Assembly (NCBI GenBank): GCA_040218735.1
Contig: JAVJQW010000061.1
Span: 96,001 to 160,000 of the forward strand
DNA: 64,000 nt
Direction: 5' to 3'
Source of the DNA: Deltaproteobacteria bacterium
Lineage (GTDB): Bacteria; Myxococcota; Kuafuiibacteriia; Kuafuiibacteriales; Kuafuiibacteriaceae
A program made the translations under genes and the position numbers. The notes under the pieces are model-generated. The model was given only the letters and a program-made list of their open reading frames with translations. It made no database searches and was not told the DNA's origin. Numbering within the stretch: the stretch's first letter is position 1; the number at the start of each line of letters is the position of its first letter. This document shows positions 39,649 through 49,570 of this stretch, in pieces.

Positions 39649-40790
39649 GGTTCACTCAGCGCGCCGGTCTCGGCGGGCGCGACGGACAGCTCGCCGTCCT
39701 GGCTCTCATCGCCGGCGATCGACAGCAAACCCGGCGCCGCGTGTTCGTTGCGCGCGGTGATGCGTTCGATCGCGTCGCGGATCTCGCTCTGCACGCGGGC
39801 GTCTCTACGAAATCCACTCGCGTACGGACGAAGCCGACCGATGATCGCCGGCGTGCCGAGCATGCCGATCGCCCGGACGACGCTGATCGGGACGTTTGCG
39901 CTCCGGTTCTCGATCAACGCACACAGCCCCTCGACCGCGAGCGGGTGTCCGACCCTCAGGCGGCGTGCGGCGGTGAGGCGCATTTCCTCCGTGGATTCGG
40001 GGTCTACGACGAACTCGACGAGGGTGTCCTCGGCGCAGTCGCCGAGCAGCAACGCCGCGCGGAGGCGCACGGACGGCGCTTCGTCACGCAGCGCGCTCAG
40101 GAGCACTTCTTCGGTGCGAGGATCGTCGGCGAGCTCACGGTGCAGCGTGAGCAGATTTCTTTCGCGAACCGATGCGACCGGATCACGCCGTGTGTTGCGG
40201 ATCAGCGACGACGGGACGTCGAGCGGAGCGTCGCGCATCCGGATCGCGAACTGGGTGAGCTGTCGAATCAGCCGCGTCAGGAACGTGGGCGCGCGGGTGC
40301 CGCGCCACACGAGGGCTTCGGCGTCGAGGTCGAAGCGTCCGGCGAGGCCGAGGATCAGATCGCGGGTCGAGACGTCGAGGAGCGCGAGGACGAGGGTCGG
40401 ATCCCCGCGCGCGACGTACTCGTCATCGAAGCGTTGGTCCCCCGTGAATGCACGCGCCTTCTTCTCGAAGCGCGGCACCAGCGAGACCTCGCCCGGGAAG
40501 CCGAGCGCCGCCTCGATCGTCACTTCGATCTTGTGCCGGTCCAACCCCAGCCGACGCGCCGAGGTCACGGTCGCGCAGACCGTCATGCCGTCGACCTCGC
40601 CCGAGATCGTCTGTCCCTCCATCACGAGACCGAACGTCGACGCCGCGCGGGCGAGGCTCTGGGCGGCGTCCTGCCCCGGCGGGTGCACGCGGCCGGCCGT
40701 CCGCGAAGGGAGGCGCAGCCAGGGCGAGCGGTCCGTGAAGAGCCACAGGCTCAGCACGACGCCGGTCGCGAAGAGGGCCCAGTCCAGCAC
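39645..40790 (-). CDS. Hypothetical membrane-anchored HEAT-repeat protein
   Basis: Start moved to GTG 40790; N-terminal TM; ALRDEAPSVRLRAALLLG. Confidence 0.6.
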   Translation of the reverse strand: MLDWALFATGVVLSLWLFTDRSPWLRLPSRTAGRVHPPGQDAAQSLARAASTFGLVMEGQTISGEVDGMTVCATVTSARRLGLDRHKIEVTIEAALGFPGEVSLVPRFEKKARAFTGDQRFDDEYVARGDPTLVLALLDVSTRDLILGLAGRFDLDAEALVWRGTRAPTFLTRLIRQLTQFAIRMRDAPLDVPSSLIRNTRRDPVASVRERNLLTLHRELADDPRTEEVLLSALRDEAPSVRLRAALLLGDCAEDTLVEFVVDPESTEEMRLTAARRLRVGHPLAVEGLCALIENRSANVPISVVRAIGMLGTPAIIGRLRPYASGFRRDARVQSEIRDAIERITARNEHAAPGLLSIAGDESQDGELSVAPAETGALSEP

Positions 40791-40828
40791 CCTCGACAAT
40801 CTGGCAGGTGCACCCGGGGTCCGCCAAG

Positions 40829-41539
40829 TCAGGGATCGCGCCGGTCCACGAGGCCGGCGCGGAGGAGTGCGTCGGCGAGCGGCGTGTCCCGGGCGACGAA
40901 CACCCGGGTGAGGCCGCGGGCGCCGAGCTCGGCGACGGCTAACCGGAGCTCGTCGGCGGCGCGCGCCGGGTGCTCGATCCGCCACGGGGCTTCGGTCTCG
41001 CGGACGACGTCCACCACGAGGCCGCCGTCGTCCGCACAGACGAGCGCGTCGGGGGCCCAGGCGTCCGGCTCGCGGCCCACGACCACCAGCGGGCGACCGT
41101 GCTGCACACGTTTGAAGAACCCGGCGTTCATCTCGCGGGCCTCCTGCGCGCGCACCCCCACGACGACCTGGATGCCGGCCGCCTCCAGGGCGCGGATGCC
41201 GGCGCCGTCGACCCGCGGATCGGGATCCTCGAGCGCGACGATGGCGCGCGCGATCTGCGCGTCGATCAGGGCCTCGGTGCAGGGCGGCGTCTGGCCGTAG
41301 TGGCAGCAGGGCTCCAGCGAGACGACGGCGGTCGCGCCCTTGGCTTCGCCGCGCGCCTCTGCGAGCGCGACGACCTCGGCGTGCGGGCGCCCGCCGCGCT
41401 GGGTCGAGCCGCGCCCGACGACCGCGCTCCCGCGCACGATCAGGCACCCCACGGAGGGGTTCGGCCAGACGGACCCGAGCCCCGCGCGTGCGAGCGCGAG
41501 CGCCTCGTCCATCCACCGCGCGTGCGCGTCGAAAGACAC
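40829..41539 (-). CDS. ribD: Riboflavin biosynthesis deaminase RibD, reductase domain largely missing
   Basis: WPNPSVGC, PHAE, SLEPCCHYGQTPPC, DPDPRV; only 236 aa. Confidence 0.8.
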   Translation of the reverse strand: MSFDAHARWMDEALALARAGLGSVWPNPSVGCLIVRGSAVVGRGSTQRGGRPHAEVVALAEARGEAKGATAVVSLEPCCHYGQTPPCTEALIDAQIARAIVALEDPDPRVDGAGIRALEAAGIQVVVGVRAQEAREMNAGFFKRVQHGRPLVVVGREPDAWAPDALVCADDGGLVVDVVRETEAPWRIEHPARAADELRLAVAELGARGLTRVFVARDTPLADALLRAGLVDRRDP

Positions 41540-41604
41540 CGACGCCGTGAATCCAACATTGTGCGGCGGCGGGCAACCGCTGAGCGCGGTATGGTCGGCC
41601 CTCG

Positions 41605-42474
41605 ATGCAGCACGTCGTCACTTCCCCGCATGCCCCGTTCGACTCCGCGTCGGGCGCGCTCGAGTGCCACCAGGTGCTCGCCTGGCAGGACAACCTCGTG
41701 TGGCTGATCGTGGACAAGGCCTCCCGCCGCGCCGCGGCCGTGGACGGGCCCGAGGCGAAGGGGGTGCTCGAGCACTGCGAGGCCCACGGCCTGAACCTCA
41801 CGACGATCCTCAACACGCACACGCACCCCGACCACATCGGGATCAACCAGGACCTCGACGACCGCGGTCTGCTCGCGTCGATGCGCGTCGTCGGCTCGAA
41901 GAACCCCGCGCTCCCGATCCCCGGCCAGACGGAGAAGGTCGGCGACACCGACACGTTCGAGCTGTTCGGCCAGACGGTGCAGGTGTTCCTCACCGAGGGG
42001 CACCAAAACGGGCACGTCAGCTACCTCGTGGACGGCCTGCTGTTCTGCGGCGACACGATGTTCGGCGCGGGGTGCGGCTACCTCTTCGACGGCCCCGCCG
42101 AGAAGATGTACGCGAGCCTCGAACGCCTCGCCGCGCTGCCCCCCGAGACGAAGGTCTGCTGCGCACACGAGTACACGCAAGACAACTTGCGCTTTGCGTT
42201 CTCCGTCGATGGAGACAACCCCGCGCTCGCCGAACGAATCCGACGCGACTGGGCGACGCGCGACGCCGGCGGCTGCACGATCCCCTCCACCATCGGGCTC
42301 GAGCGCGAGACGAACCCGTTCCTCCGCACATCGTCCGAGCAGATCCTCGCCAGCGTGCGGGCGGCCCAGCCGGAACGCGACTTCTCGAACGCCGCCCAGG
42401 TCTTCGCAGCGACGCGCGCGCTCAAGGACGCGAAGGGATACAAGACGATCGAGGACACAACGCTCCTCGGCTGA
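41605..42474 (+). CDS. gloB: Hydroxyacylglutathione hydrolase (glyoxalase II)
   Basis: DNLVW, THTHPDHIG, GH..GH, FCGDTMFGAGCG, CAHEYT, IPSTIGLERETNPFLR. Confidence 0.88.
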   Translation: MQHVVTSPHAPFDSASGALECHQVLAWQDNLVWLIVDKASRRAAAVDGPEAKGVLEHCEAHGLNLTTILNTHTHPDHIGINQDLDDRGLLASMRVVGSKNPALPIPGQTEKVGDTDTFELFGQTVQVFLTEGHQNGHVSYLVDGLLFCGDTMFGAGCGYLFDGPAEKMYASLERLAALPPETKVCCAHEYTQDNLRFAFSVDGDNPALAERIRRDWATRDAGGCTIPSTIGLERETNPFLRTSSEQILASVRAAQPERDFSNAAQVFAATRALKDAKGYKTIEDTTLLG

Positions 42475-42562
42475 CCGGGCGCCACGAGATCGTCATGAGT
42501 CGCGCGCCGCTTCGACACCGAACACGAATCACTCGGCCCTTGCGCTGTACGAGGCTACCCCC

Positions 42563-42967
42563 ATGAAGAACATCATCCGCGTCGTCGTCGCCCTCGCCCT
42601 CCTCGCCGGCCTGTACTGGGCCTTCTTCTCCGGTCGCCCGCCCGCCGATCCGGGCGATGTCGAGACCATCGCGAACCGCATCAACGAGACCACGCCGAAG
42701 ACGATGGCGGGGGTCCGCCTGGATCGTGCGTCGGTGAGTGCGCCGGACACGCTGCGGATGCACTTCACGGCGCTTCAGGCCAAAGCGGCGGACGTCCCGG
42801 CCGGGACGATGCGCACCGAGGTCCTCAAGGGCATCGCGACGCTCTGCACGGGCGGCGGCGTGTCGGACATCCTCGCCGCGAACCGGACGGTGGAGATGGC
42901 CTACGTCGATGCGGACGGCGTCGAGATCGAAGTCGTGACGATCACAAAGGCCGACTGCCCGAAGTAA
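42563..42967 (+). CDS. Hypothetical membrane-anchored protein
   Basis: ATG 42563; N-terminal TM; two Cys. Confidence 0.65.
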   Translation: MKNIIRVVVALALLAGLYWAFFSGRPPADPGDVETIANRINETTPKTMAGVRLDRASVSAPDTLRMHFTALQAKAADVPAGTMRTEVLKGIATLCTGGGVSDILAANRTVEMAYVDADGVEIEVVTITKADCPK

Positions 42968-44432
42968 CACGACGCACGGCGAACCCGAGCAGGAGCAGCA
43001 GCGCCCACGGCGAGCTCGAACGCTCCGTCGCCGAACACCCGCACCCACCGCCGATCTTCTTGCCGGCCGCGCGCACCTCGATCTCGGGCGTGCCCTCTTC
43101 GAGCGGCGGCTCCGGCTGCGGCTCGAACGGCTGCTCGGGCTCCACCGGCTCCTCCGGCTCGCCGGGCTCCTCGGGGGTGACCGTCGCCGTGACGACCCGC
43201 GCCGTCATCTCGAGGAGCGGACCGAAGCGCGCACCGTTGCGGGTCATCTGCCACGCGGCGCCGTAGGTGCCCTCCGCGACGGTCGCGGTGAGCACGAGGC
43301 GCCAGGCCTTCTCGTCCCCGGGAGCGATCCGGTCCGTCGAGTCGAGCGGGACCCCTTCGTGCGCGCCGAGGTCGTCCCCCGAATCGAACGCCAGCACGAC
43401 CTCGCCGTTCGCCCACGTGGTGGTGCCGGTGTTCTCGACCACGAAGACGACCTCGAACGTCTCCTCGGGCTCGACCTCGATCAACATCGGGCCCTCCACG
43501 AGGATCGCGTCGTCGCGCTCCGGCGGCGCGCCGCTCTCGGGGACCAGCCCCAGCGACGCCCAGCGCGTCTCGCCCGCCGCGACGGTCAACCGCTGCTCCG
43601 CCGTCACGTAACCGGGCGCGGAGTACGTGAGGACGTGCTCGCCGACCGGGACCGTGAACTCCCAGTACGCATCGACGGGGCGCGCGGCGAGGTTCGTCGT
43701 GCCGTCGAGCGTCACCACCGTGCCCGGGATACGCTGGTTGCCCGCGGCCGAGGGGGAGTCGGTGACCGAGCGATCCCAAACGACGCCCTTCACGACCGCG
43801 GTGTCGGGCGGCGGCGGCGGCGTGCCGTTCATACACGTCGTCGCCGGGAGCGCGTTGTAGTTGCCCTGCGCGACCCAGAAGGAGATCGGTCCGCCGCACT
43901 GTCCACTGAATGGATCGTCGGAGACGTTGTTCGAGTACCGCGGCTCGAAGTGAAGGTGCGGCCCCGTCGAGTTGCCCGACGATCCGACCTTGCCGAGGCG
44001 CTGCCCGCACACGATTCGGTCGCCGACGGAGACCTGCACCGAGCCCTGCATGAGGTGCCCGTAGAACGTCGACTTCCCGTCGGCGTGCGTGACCTTCACG
44101 TAGTTCCCGAAGCCGCCGCCGCAGTTGCATTGCCCCGACGTGCAGCGGTCGAAGCAGCCCTCCACCGCGAACGTGACCTCACCCTCCGCCGCCGCGACCA
44201 CCCACTTGCTCCCGGCGTCCATCGCCGCGAAGCCGCCGATGCCGATGTCCGTCCCGCGGTGCCCGTTGTACGCGTTGGTGCCGCAGTTCCAATCCTGGAT
44301 CCCGCCGCCGGACGAGAGGTCGCGGTAGGCCGTGATGTACGGCGCGTTGCCGCCGGCCTCGATCGGGAAGCGGTACTCCTGCGCCTGCGCGGGGAGCGCG
44401 AACAGCACGGCGACGAGCGGCGCGTACTTCAC
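42942..44432 (-). CDS. M23 peptidase with carboxypeptidase-regulatory-like and Ig-like domains and MYXO-CTERM
   Basis: GTG 44432 (GTGA overlap); HRGTD, FYGHL, GNSTGPHLHFE; C-terminal GGGCGCS..WALLLLLGFAVRR. Confidence 0.88.
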   Translation of the reverse strand: MKYAPLVAVLFALPAQAQEYRFPIEAGGNAPYITAYRDLSSGGGIQDWNCGTNAYNGHRGTDIGIGGFAAMDAGSKWVVAAAEGEVTFAVEGCFDRCTSGQCNCGGGFGNYVKVTHADGKSTFYGHLMQGSVQVSVGDRIVCGQRLGKVGSSGNSTGPHLHFEPRYSNNVSDDPFSGQCGGPISFWVAQGNYNALPATTCMNGTPPPPPDTAVVKGVVWDRSVTDSPSAAGNQRIPGTVVTLDGTTNLAARPVDAYWEFTVPVGEHVLTYSAPGYVTAEQRLTVAAGETRWASLGLVPESGAPPERDDAILVEGPMLIEVEPEETFEVVFVVENTGTTTWANGEVVLAFDSGDDLGAHEGVPLDSTDRIAPGDEKAWRLVLTATVAEGTYGAAWQMTRNGARFGPLLEMTARVVTATVTPEEPGEPEEPVEPEQPFEPQPEPPLEEGTPEIEVRAAGKKIGGGCGCSATERSSSPWALLLLLGFAVRRVTSGSRPL

Positions 44433-45085
44433 GGCAGTCGCCTCGCTGCGCCGGTGTCGGGGTCGAGGTGATAGTGCACGCCGCCGGCGTCGTAGGTGAG
44501 CCCGTCCTTGTACACGAAGCGCTCCGCCGGGGTCGGGACGAAGCCGTCGAGCCCGCGCCCCGCGACCAGACCGACGTTCGTGAGCTGCCGCGCCTCTTCG
44601 AGCTGAGCGTCGAGGATCCACACCGACGCGACGGTGGTGCGCGTGGACACGAAGACCACGCGCGCGTCCGGGAGCACGAACGGCATGCTGTCGCCGGGGC
44701 CGGTGGTGAGCGCACGAGGCTCGGCGGCGAGGAGCCAGAGCGTCGCATCGCCGGGGGCCTGTCCCTCGCGCACGACGATCGGCCCGGCGGGGTGCTCGAC
44801 CGGGAGCCCGAGCACGTGATCGAGGACGCGGCGTTTCGTGCCGTCCGTCACGCGCCACAGCACACCGTCGTGATCCACGACCCACCGCGCGTCGGCGGCG
44901 CGGACGTCTTCGAAGGCGACGTGGTCGTCGATCACCAAGTCGTGCTGCGGGCCACGCTCGGTCTCGGGGATCGCTTCGGTGACCTCGACGGTCACCGCGC
45001 CGGCCGGCGCGAGGCCGGAGCCGGTCTGGGCGGGCGGATCGACGCAGGCGGGGAGGAGGAGGACCGCGAGGAGCCAGCGCCGCAC
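44429..45085 (-). CDS. Lipoprotein, TolB-like fragment
   Basis: GTG 45085; LLLLPA-C; PDARVVFVSTR, RQLTN. Confidence 0.6.
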   Translation of the reverse strand: MRRWLLAVLLLPACVDPPAQTGSGLAPAGAVTVEVTEAIPETERGPQHDLVIDDHVAFEDVRAADARWVVDHDGVLWRVTDGTKRRVLDHVLGLPVEHPAGPIVVREGQAPGDATLWLLAAEPRALTTGPGDSMPFVLPDARVVFVSTRTTVASVWILDAQLEEARQLTNVGLVAGRGLDGFVPTPAERFVYKDGLTYDAGGVHYHLDPDTGAARRLP

Positions 45086-45214
45086 GATCCTCAGGGTGCA
45101 CGAGATGGCCCGGCGTTTCGTTCGGCGACCCTGCGGATGTGAAGTCGAGTCCACACCGAGCACCCGGGCGCCTTTTTCTAGATCCTCGCCGGATTCCGTT
45201 CGTTCATCCCCTCC

Positions 45215-46477
45215 ATGAAGCCCACATTCGTCCTCGCCGCCGCCCTCACCCTCACCTCGCTCCCCGCCTTCGCCGGCGACTGGGGCATCACCGGCGGCAA
45301 CTACCAGGCCACCATCGACCGCGTCGTCCAGATGCCGCACGACCAGCGGCTGCGCCGACGCGCCCACGGGATGGGGCTCGACGTCATCAACCTCACCTGG
45401 GAGGACACCGGCCGCCACTCCGGCTCCTCGGTCGGTCCGAACATCAGCGACCTCACGCTCCAGGTCCGCCAGACGATCAACGGCCGTACGCAGACGAACC
45501 TACTGCCGGTCATCCGCCACCCGAACTTCTCTGACAAAACCGGCGACATCGCCGCCGACAAGATCTGGGTGCGCGTGGGCAACCACGCCAAGGGCGGCGA
45601 GCTCGTCGCGGTGCCGCTCACCGAGGTGCTCTCGAACCTCCGCGAATACCTGAGCACGCCCGGTAGCCTCCGCGGGAGCGACAACCTCCTCGCCGAGCGC
45701 GACTCCCACTTCCTCGTCAGCGCGCAGCACGTGTTCGTGCCGATCCCCAAGCGCGGCAAGGCCGAGTTCAACCCGGTGCTCTTCAACTACCAGTCGTCCG
45801 CGCAGAACCCGGCCGTGCTCACGCTGCTCGTCACGCGTCAGGGCACCAGCGCGACGATCATCGACAACAGCGGCGGCGACCAGAGCTACCAGGGTTGGGG
45901 CCAGCAGCTCTTCTTCAACAACGCCGGCCAGAAGACGGTCTTCACCGCCGAGCGCAAGAGCGACGTGAAGCAGCGCATCGAGTCGGGCCGCGCGCAGGGC
46001 CAGGACGTCGGCGCGCTGGAGGAAGGCGCGAACATGATGATGATCGTGCAGGTCCCCCTCAAGCACCGCGCGGCGCGTCGCGGCTACGGCAGCATGATGG
46101 ACGAAGGTCTGGCGCCGAGCGCTCCGATGGCCTCGGGCGGCGCGCCGATGAAGAAGTCGCGCCGTCGCAGCCGCAGCATGGAGCGCAGCGACGTCGAAGA
46201 AGCGGTGCTCGGCCACGGCAAGGACCTCGGCCCGTTCCGCGAGATGGCGGGGATGAAGCTCGAGCGCGACGACCGCTTCCCGGTCCGCATCACCGTGCAG
46301 TTCTACCAGGCGACCAGCAACGGCGTCGTGTCGCAGCAGGACCTCGTCAACGTGCGTGACTCGATCAACAAGGTCTACGCGAGCGCCGACTACGTCGGTT
46401 CCCTCGTCGTCCCGAACGGCCCGCGCCACCGCCCCACCGACTGGCACCGCCGCCTGGAAGCCGTCAGCTGGCGGTAG
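45215..46477 (+). CDS. Secreted hypothetical protein
   Basis: Signal peptide MKPTFVLAAALTLTSLPAFA; strong codon bias; no recognised domain. Confidence 0.7.
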   Translation: MKPTFVLAAALTLTSLPAFAGDWGITGGNYQATIDRVVQMPHDQRLRRRAHGMGLDVINLTWEDTGRHSGSSVGPNISDLTLQVRQTINGRTQTNLLPVIRHPNFSDKTGDIAADKIWVRVGNHAKGGELVAVPLTEVLSNLREYLSTPGSLRGSDNLLAERDSHFLVSAQHVFVPIPKRGKAEFNPVLFNYQSSAQNPAVLTLLVTRQGTSATIIDNSGGDQSYQGWGQQLFFNNAGQKTVFTAERKSDVKQRIESGRAQGQDVGALEEGANMMMIVQVPLKHRAARRGYGSMMDEGLAPSAPMASGGAPMKKSRRRSRSMERSDVEEAVLGHGKDLGPFREMAGMKLERDDRFPVRITVQFYQATSNGVVSQQDLVNVRDSINKVYASADYVGSLVVPNGPRHRPTDWHRRLEAVSWR

Positions 46478-46486
46478 GTTGCAAGC

Positions 46487-47821
46487 TCACTTGCACACGT
46501 CGGTGACGTCGATCGTCACGTCGAAGATCTCGGCCCGCGCGCCGCAATCGGCCGCCACCGAGAGCCCCACCTGATACTGCCCGACCCGCAGCGGCAGGAA
46601 CGTCGCCGCCCCGTCTTCACCCTCGACGACCTGCGGTCGACCCGGGCCCAAGAGCAGCCAATCGAAGTGCCCGAGCTCGCCGCGCGTCTGCGGCTGCAGC
46701 TGCACCGGCTGGCCCGCGCAGATCTCCCCCTCGGTGCCCGCGACGACGATGTCCTCGACGGTCGGCGCGACACACGGGCGCGTGCTGCCGGAGATCGGCA
46801 TGTCGAGCGCGTTCGTCGGATCCGCGGCGCGGGACAACCGGATGTTCGCGAAGTCCGCGACGGAGTCGGACGACGGCTCGTAGATCACGGTGATCGATTG
46901 CGGCCCCGAGTACGTGCACGGGTTGCCGCACGCGCCGAGCCGGAAGGCGTCCGTGCTCACCTCCGCGACGATCTCTCCGAGCTCGCCGCAGCCGTCGTTG
47001 GTGATCGTGAAGTCGGCGACGTCGATGGCCTCGGTGAATGTCATCGAGCGCGGGTTCAACGCGATCCTCGGGACCGCGCCGTGGATCTTCACGAGGGTGT
47101 ACGGCTTGTCGGGATCGTCGGTGAGCAGGAGGACGTGCGCGAGCTCGAACGCCGCGTCGAAGTCGACCTCGATCGAGCGCGACGCCCCCGCGGGGATCTT
47201 CATGTCGGTGTCCATGACGACCTGGCCGTCGCCGTCGAGGAGGCTCGCTTCGTAGATCGCGAGGTCACCGTCGCCGACGTTTTCGAGGTCGATGGTCGCG
47301 GTGAGGCTGTCGCAGACCTTGATCGGCGCGACGGACGCGAGCGCGCCCGCGGTGTCTTCGGGGTCCTCCGTCGGATCTTCGGTCGGATCCTCGGTGGGGT
47401 CTTCGACCGCCTCCGGGAAGGCCGGGCCGTCGTTGGTCCAGTGCGCTTCGGCGACGCGGTTTCCGCCGCACCGTTCGGGGTCGCGGAGGGGGGCCTTGGG
47501 ATCGCGGTTGGGATCCAGGCGCGGGTCGTCGTGTTTGATCTCCACGTGCACGAACGCGTCGGCGGCGTACCGCGGCACCGCGATCTGCACGACGTCGTTC
47601 GACGTGAGGCCGTGGCAGACCTTCGTCTCCTCGTCCGCCCCGAGCGCGGCGTTCGACGCCGAGAATGAAACGAACGCCGTCCCGGCGCGGTAGTCGCTGG
47701 TCGCTTGGAACCGCGCGGTGAGGAGCCGCGTCGCCGGATCGAAGTCGACGGTCAGGTCACCCTCGAGCGGCGAAGCGCAGCCGAGCAGCGAGAGGACGGG
47801 CACATAGAAGCGCATCTTCAT
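46487..47821 (-). CDS. Lipoprotein with Ig-like (ASH/choice-of-anchor D-like) domains
   Basis: ATG 47821, LSLLG-C; ENVGDGDL, TDDPDKP, ITNDGCGEL; (EDPT)3 linker. Confidence 0.65.
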   Translation of the reverse strand: MKMRFYVPVLSLLGCASPLEGDLTVDFDPATRLLTARFQATSDYRAGTAFVSFSASNAALGADEETKVCHGLTSNDVVQIAVPRYAADAFVHVEIKHDDPRLDPNRDPKAPLRDPERCGGNRVAEAHWTNDGPAFPEAVEDPTEDPTEDPTEDPEDTAGALASVAPIKVCDSLTATIDLENVGDGDLAIYEASLLDGDGQVVMDTDMKIPAGASRSIEVDFDAAFELAHVLLLTDDPDKPYTLVKIHGAVPRIALNPRSMTFTEAIDVADFTITNDGCGELGEIVAEVSTDAFRLGACGNPCTYSGPQSITVIYEPSSDSVADFANIRLSRAADPTNALDMPISGSTRPCVAPTVEDIVVAGTEGEICAGQPVQLQPQTRGELGHFDWLLLGPGRPQVVEGEDGAATFLPLRVGQYQVGLSVAADCGARAEIFDVTIDVTDVCK

Positions 47822-47930
47822 GCCCTCGTTCTTCGGCCCGCCGTGCCCCGTTTCGAGGCACCACCGACGGCTCCCCGACGGTCTTCGCACGAGTGTTCCG
47901 TTTCGAGTCACGACCCGCGCTGCGGATCGC

Positions 47931-48842
47931 TCAGGGGTGTCCAGATCCCGACAGTCGGGCGTCGAGCGCCTCGCGGTCGACGGTGCCACGCTCCGCGATG
48001 AACGCGAGCGCGGTGCGCGGCGCGTCGGTGTCGCCGAGTGTCTTCACCCACAGCCGACGCCCGACCACCTGCACCACGATGTCCTTGTTCGGGCGCTCCT
48101 CGAGGTTGAGCGTCCCCTTCACGCGGTAGATCGTCCGCGGCAGATCCTTCAGCACCGGGAGGATGTGGCGGAACGAAACCGGATCGTCCCGCACGTAGCT
48201 CCACGACTCGAAGCGCGACGCGTCGATCCCGTGCACATGCCCGAGCTTGCGCATCTGATCCGCGCGCGCCCCGAGGAGGATCGGCACCGGCACGTTGCCG
48301 TAGGAGGCCGGTACCACGCGCGCGTGCGGCGCCGCTTCGCGCACCGCTGCCTCGACCTCTTCGCGGCGAGCGTCGTCGACCGTGTCGATCTTGTTGAGGA
48401 CCACGAGGTCCGCGGCTTGGACCTGCGCGCGGGCGAGGCGATCCGTCGGATCGAAGCGCCCCGCGTCGGCGACGCCGATCAGTGCATCGAGCCGCACGGT
48501 CCCCACGCGCTCCGCGTCGATGAACAGGTCGGCGAGCGAACGTGGATCCGAGACACCGCTCGCTTCGACGACGAGGTGCTCCGGCGGGTCCTCGCGTTCG
48601 AGCACCTGGTAGACCGTGCTCATCACGCCGTCGCGCATCGCGCAGCAGATACAACCGTTCGACAGCGCGACCACGTCGTCATCGGCGGCGACGATCAGGC
48701 GTTGGTCGATCGCGAGCTCACCGAAGTCGTTCACCAGCACGCCGACGCGGCGGTCGATGGCGGGGATCAGACGGTTGACCAGCGTGGTCTTGCCGGCGCC
48801 GAGGAACCCCCCGACGACGGTGACCGGGACGTCGGTCGGCAA
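47931..48842 (-). CDS. CobW/COG0523 metallochaperone GTPase
   Basis: GGFLGAGKTT, VNDFGE, SNGCICC, VEASG, LNKID, IYRVKG. Confidence 0.92.
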   Translation of the reverse strand: MPTDVPVTVVGGFLGAGKTTLVNRLIPAIDRRVGVLVNDFGELAIDQRLIVAADDDVVALSNGCICCAMRDGVMSTVYQVLEREDPPEHLVVEASGVSDPRSLADLFIDAERVGTVRLDALIGVADAGRFDPTDRLARAQVQAADLVVLNKIDTVDDARREEVEAAVREAAPHARVVPASYGNVPVPILLGARADQMRKLGHVHGIDASRFESWSYVRDDPVSFRHILPVLKDLPRTIYRVKGTLNLEERPNKDIVVQVVGRRLWVKTLGDTDAPRTALAFIAERGTVDREALDARLSGSGHP

Positions 48843-49544
48843 TCAGCACCCCGACGGGAGCGGCACACACGCGCTGCTCGTCTCGGAGCCCATGAGCTTG
48901 ATGAACGTGTCGCCGATGTTGCCGCCGTCGTCGATCTGCACGAAGTCGGAGGTGAAGCCGGTCGACGTCAGCGTGAACGCGACGAGCGGGAAGTCCTGAT
49001 CCTGATCGCGCGACTGCGGCATGTCCTTGGGCAGGCCGATCAACTCGCAGAAGAACTCGTCGGCGACACAGGTGACGGACCCGCGCGCGTGGTGGTCGGC
49101 GAGGTTCGAGCTCCAGGCGAGCGTGCTGCCGGTGACCATGCCCGTCGACAAGCCGCACTCGTCGGGGCCGGCGTAGGTCTCGATGTCGGTGACGACGCCG
49201 CTCTCCTCGAAGTCGAGGACGAGCTCGTGCGCGAGGATCGTCGCGGGGCCTTCGGCGCGCGCTTCACCTTCGACGGAGTAGGCGATGGTCATCATACCTG
49301 GGCCGATGTCCTGCGTGCGGTTGCCACCGGGGACGCCGCGCACCTCGAGCTGACTACCCGCGAGGTCGTAGAACACGACGAAGCGCTCGCAGGCGCCGCC
49401 CTCGACGATGCCGCTGTCGCGCACGACGCCGCCGTCGCGGGTCGTGCCGGTGTCGTCGTCGGTGGTGGAGTCACCGCTGCAGGACGCCACGAGGAGGAAG
49501 AGGGCCACGAGGAGGGGGTCGCGCACGCGCATCGGGCGGAGCAT
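48843..49544 (-). CDS. Hypothetical lipoprotein
   Basis: FLLVAS-C lipobox; Cys-containing beta-rich domain; start may be 49532. Confidence 0.6.
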   Translation of the reverse strand: MLRPMRVRDPLLVALFLLVASCSGDSTTDDDTGTTRDGGVVRDSGIVEGGACERFVVFYDLAGSQLEVRGVPGGNRTQDIGPGMMTIAYSVEGEARAEGPATILAHELVLDFEESGVVTDIETYAGPDECGLSTGMVTGSTLAWSSNLADHHARGSVTCVADEFFCELIGLPKDMPQSRDQDQDFPLVAFTLTSTGFTSDFVQIDDGGNIGDTFIKLMGSETSSACVPLPSGC

Positions 49545-49570
49545 ATCCCGACGCTGGCGCGTGTACTACG

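Noticed and set aside
45138-45156. TGTGA...CCACA as a CRP-like site
   Set aside because: Half-site spacing does not match TGTGA-N6-TCACA.
47360-47410. 12-nt repeats encoding (EDPT)3
   Set aside because: Ordinary low-complexity linker in a lipoprotein.
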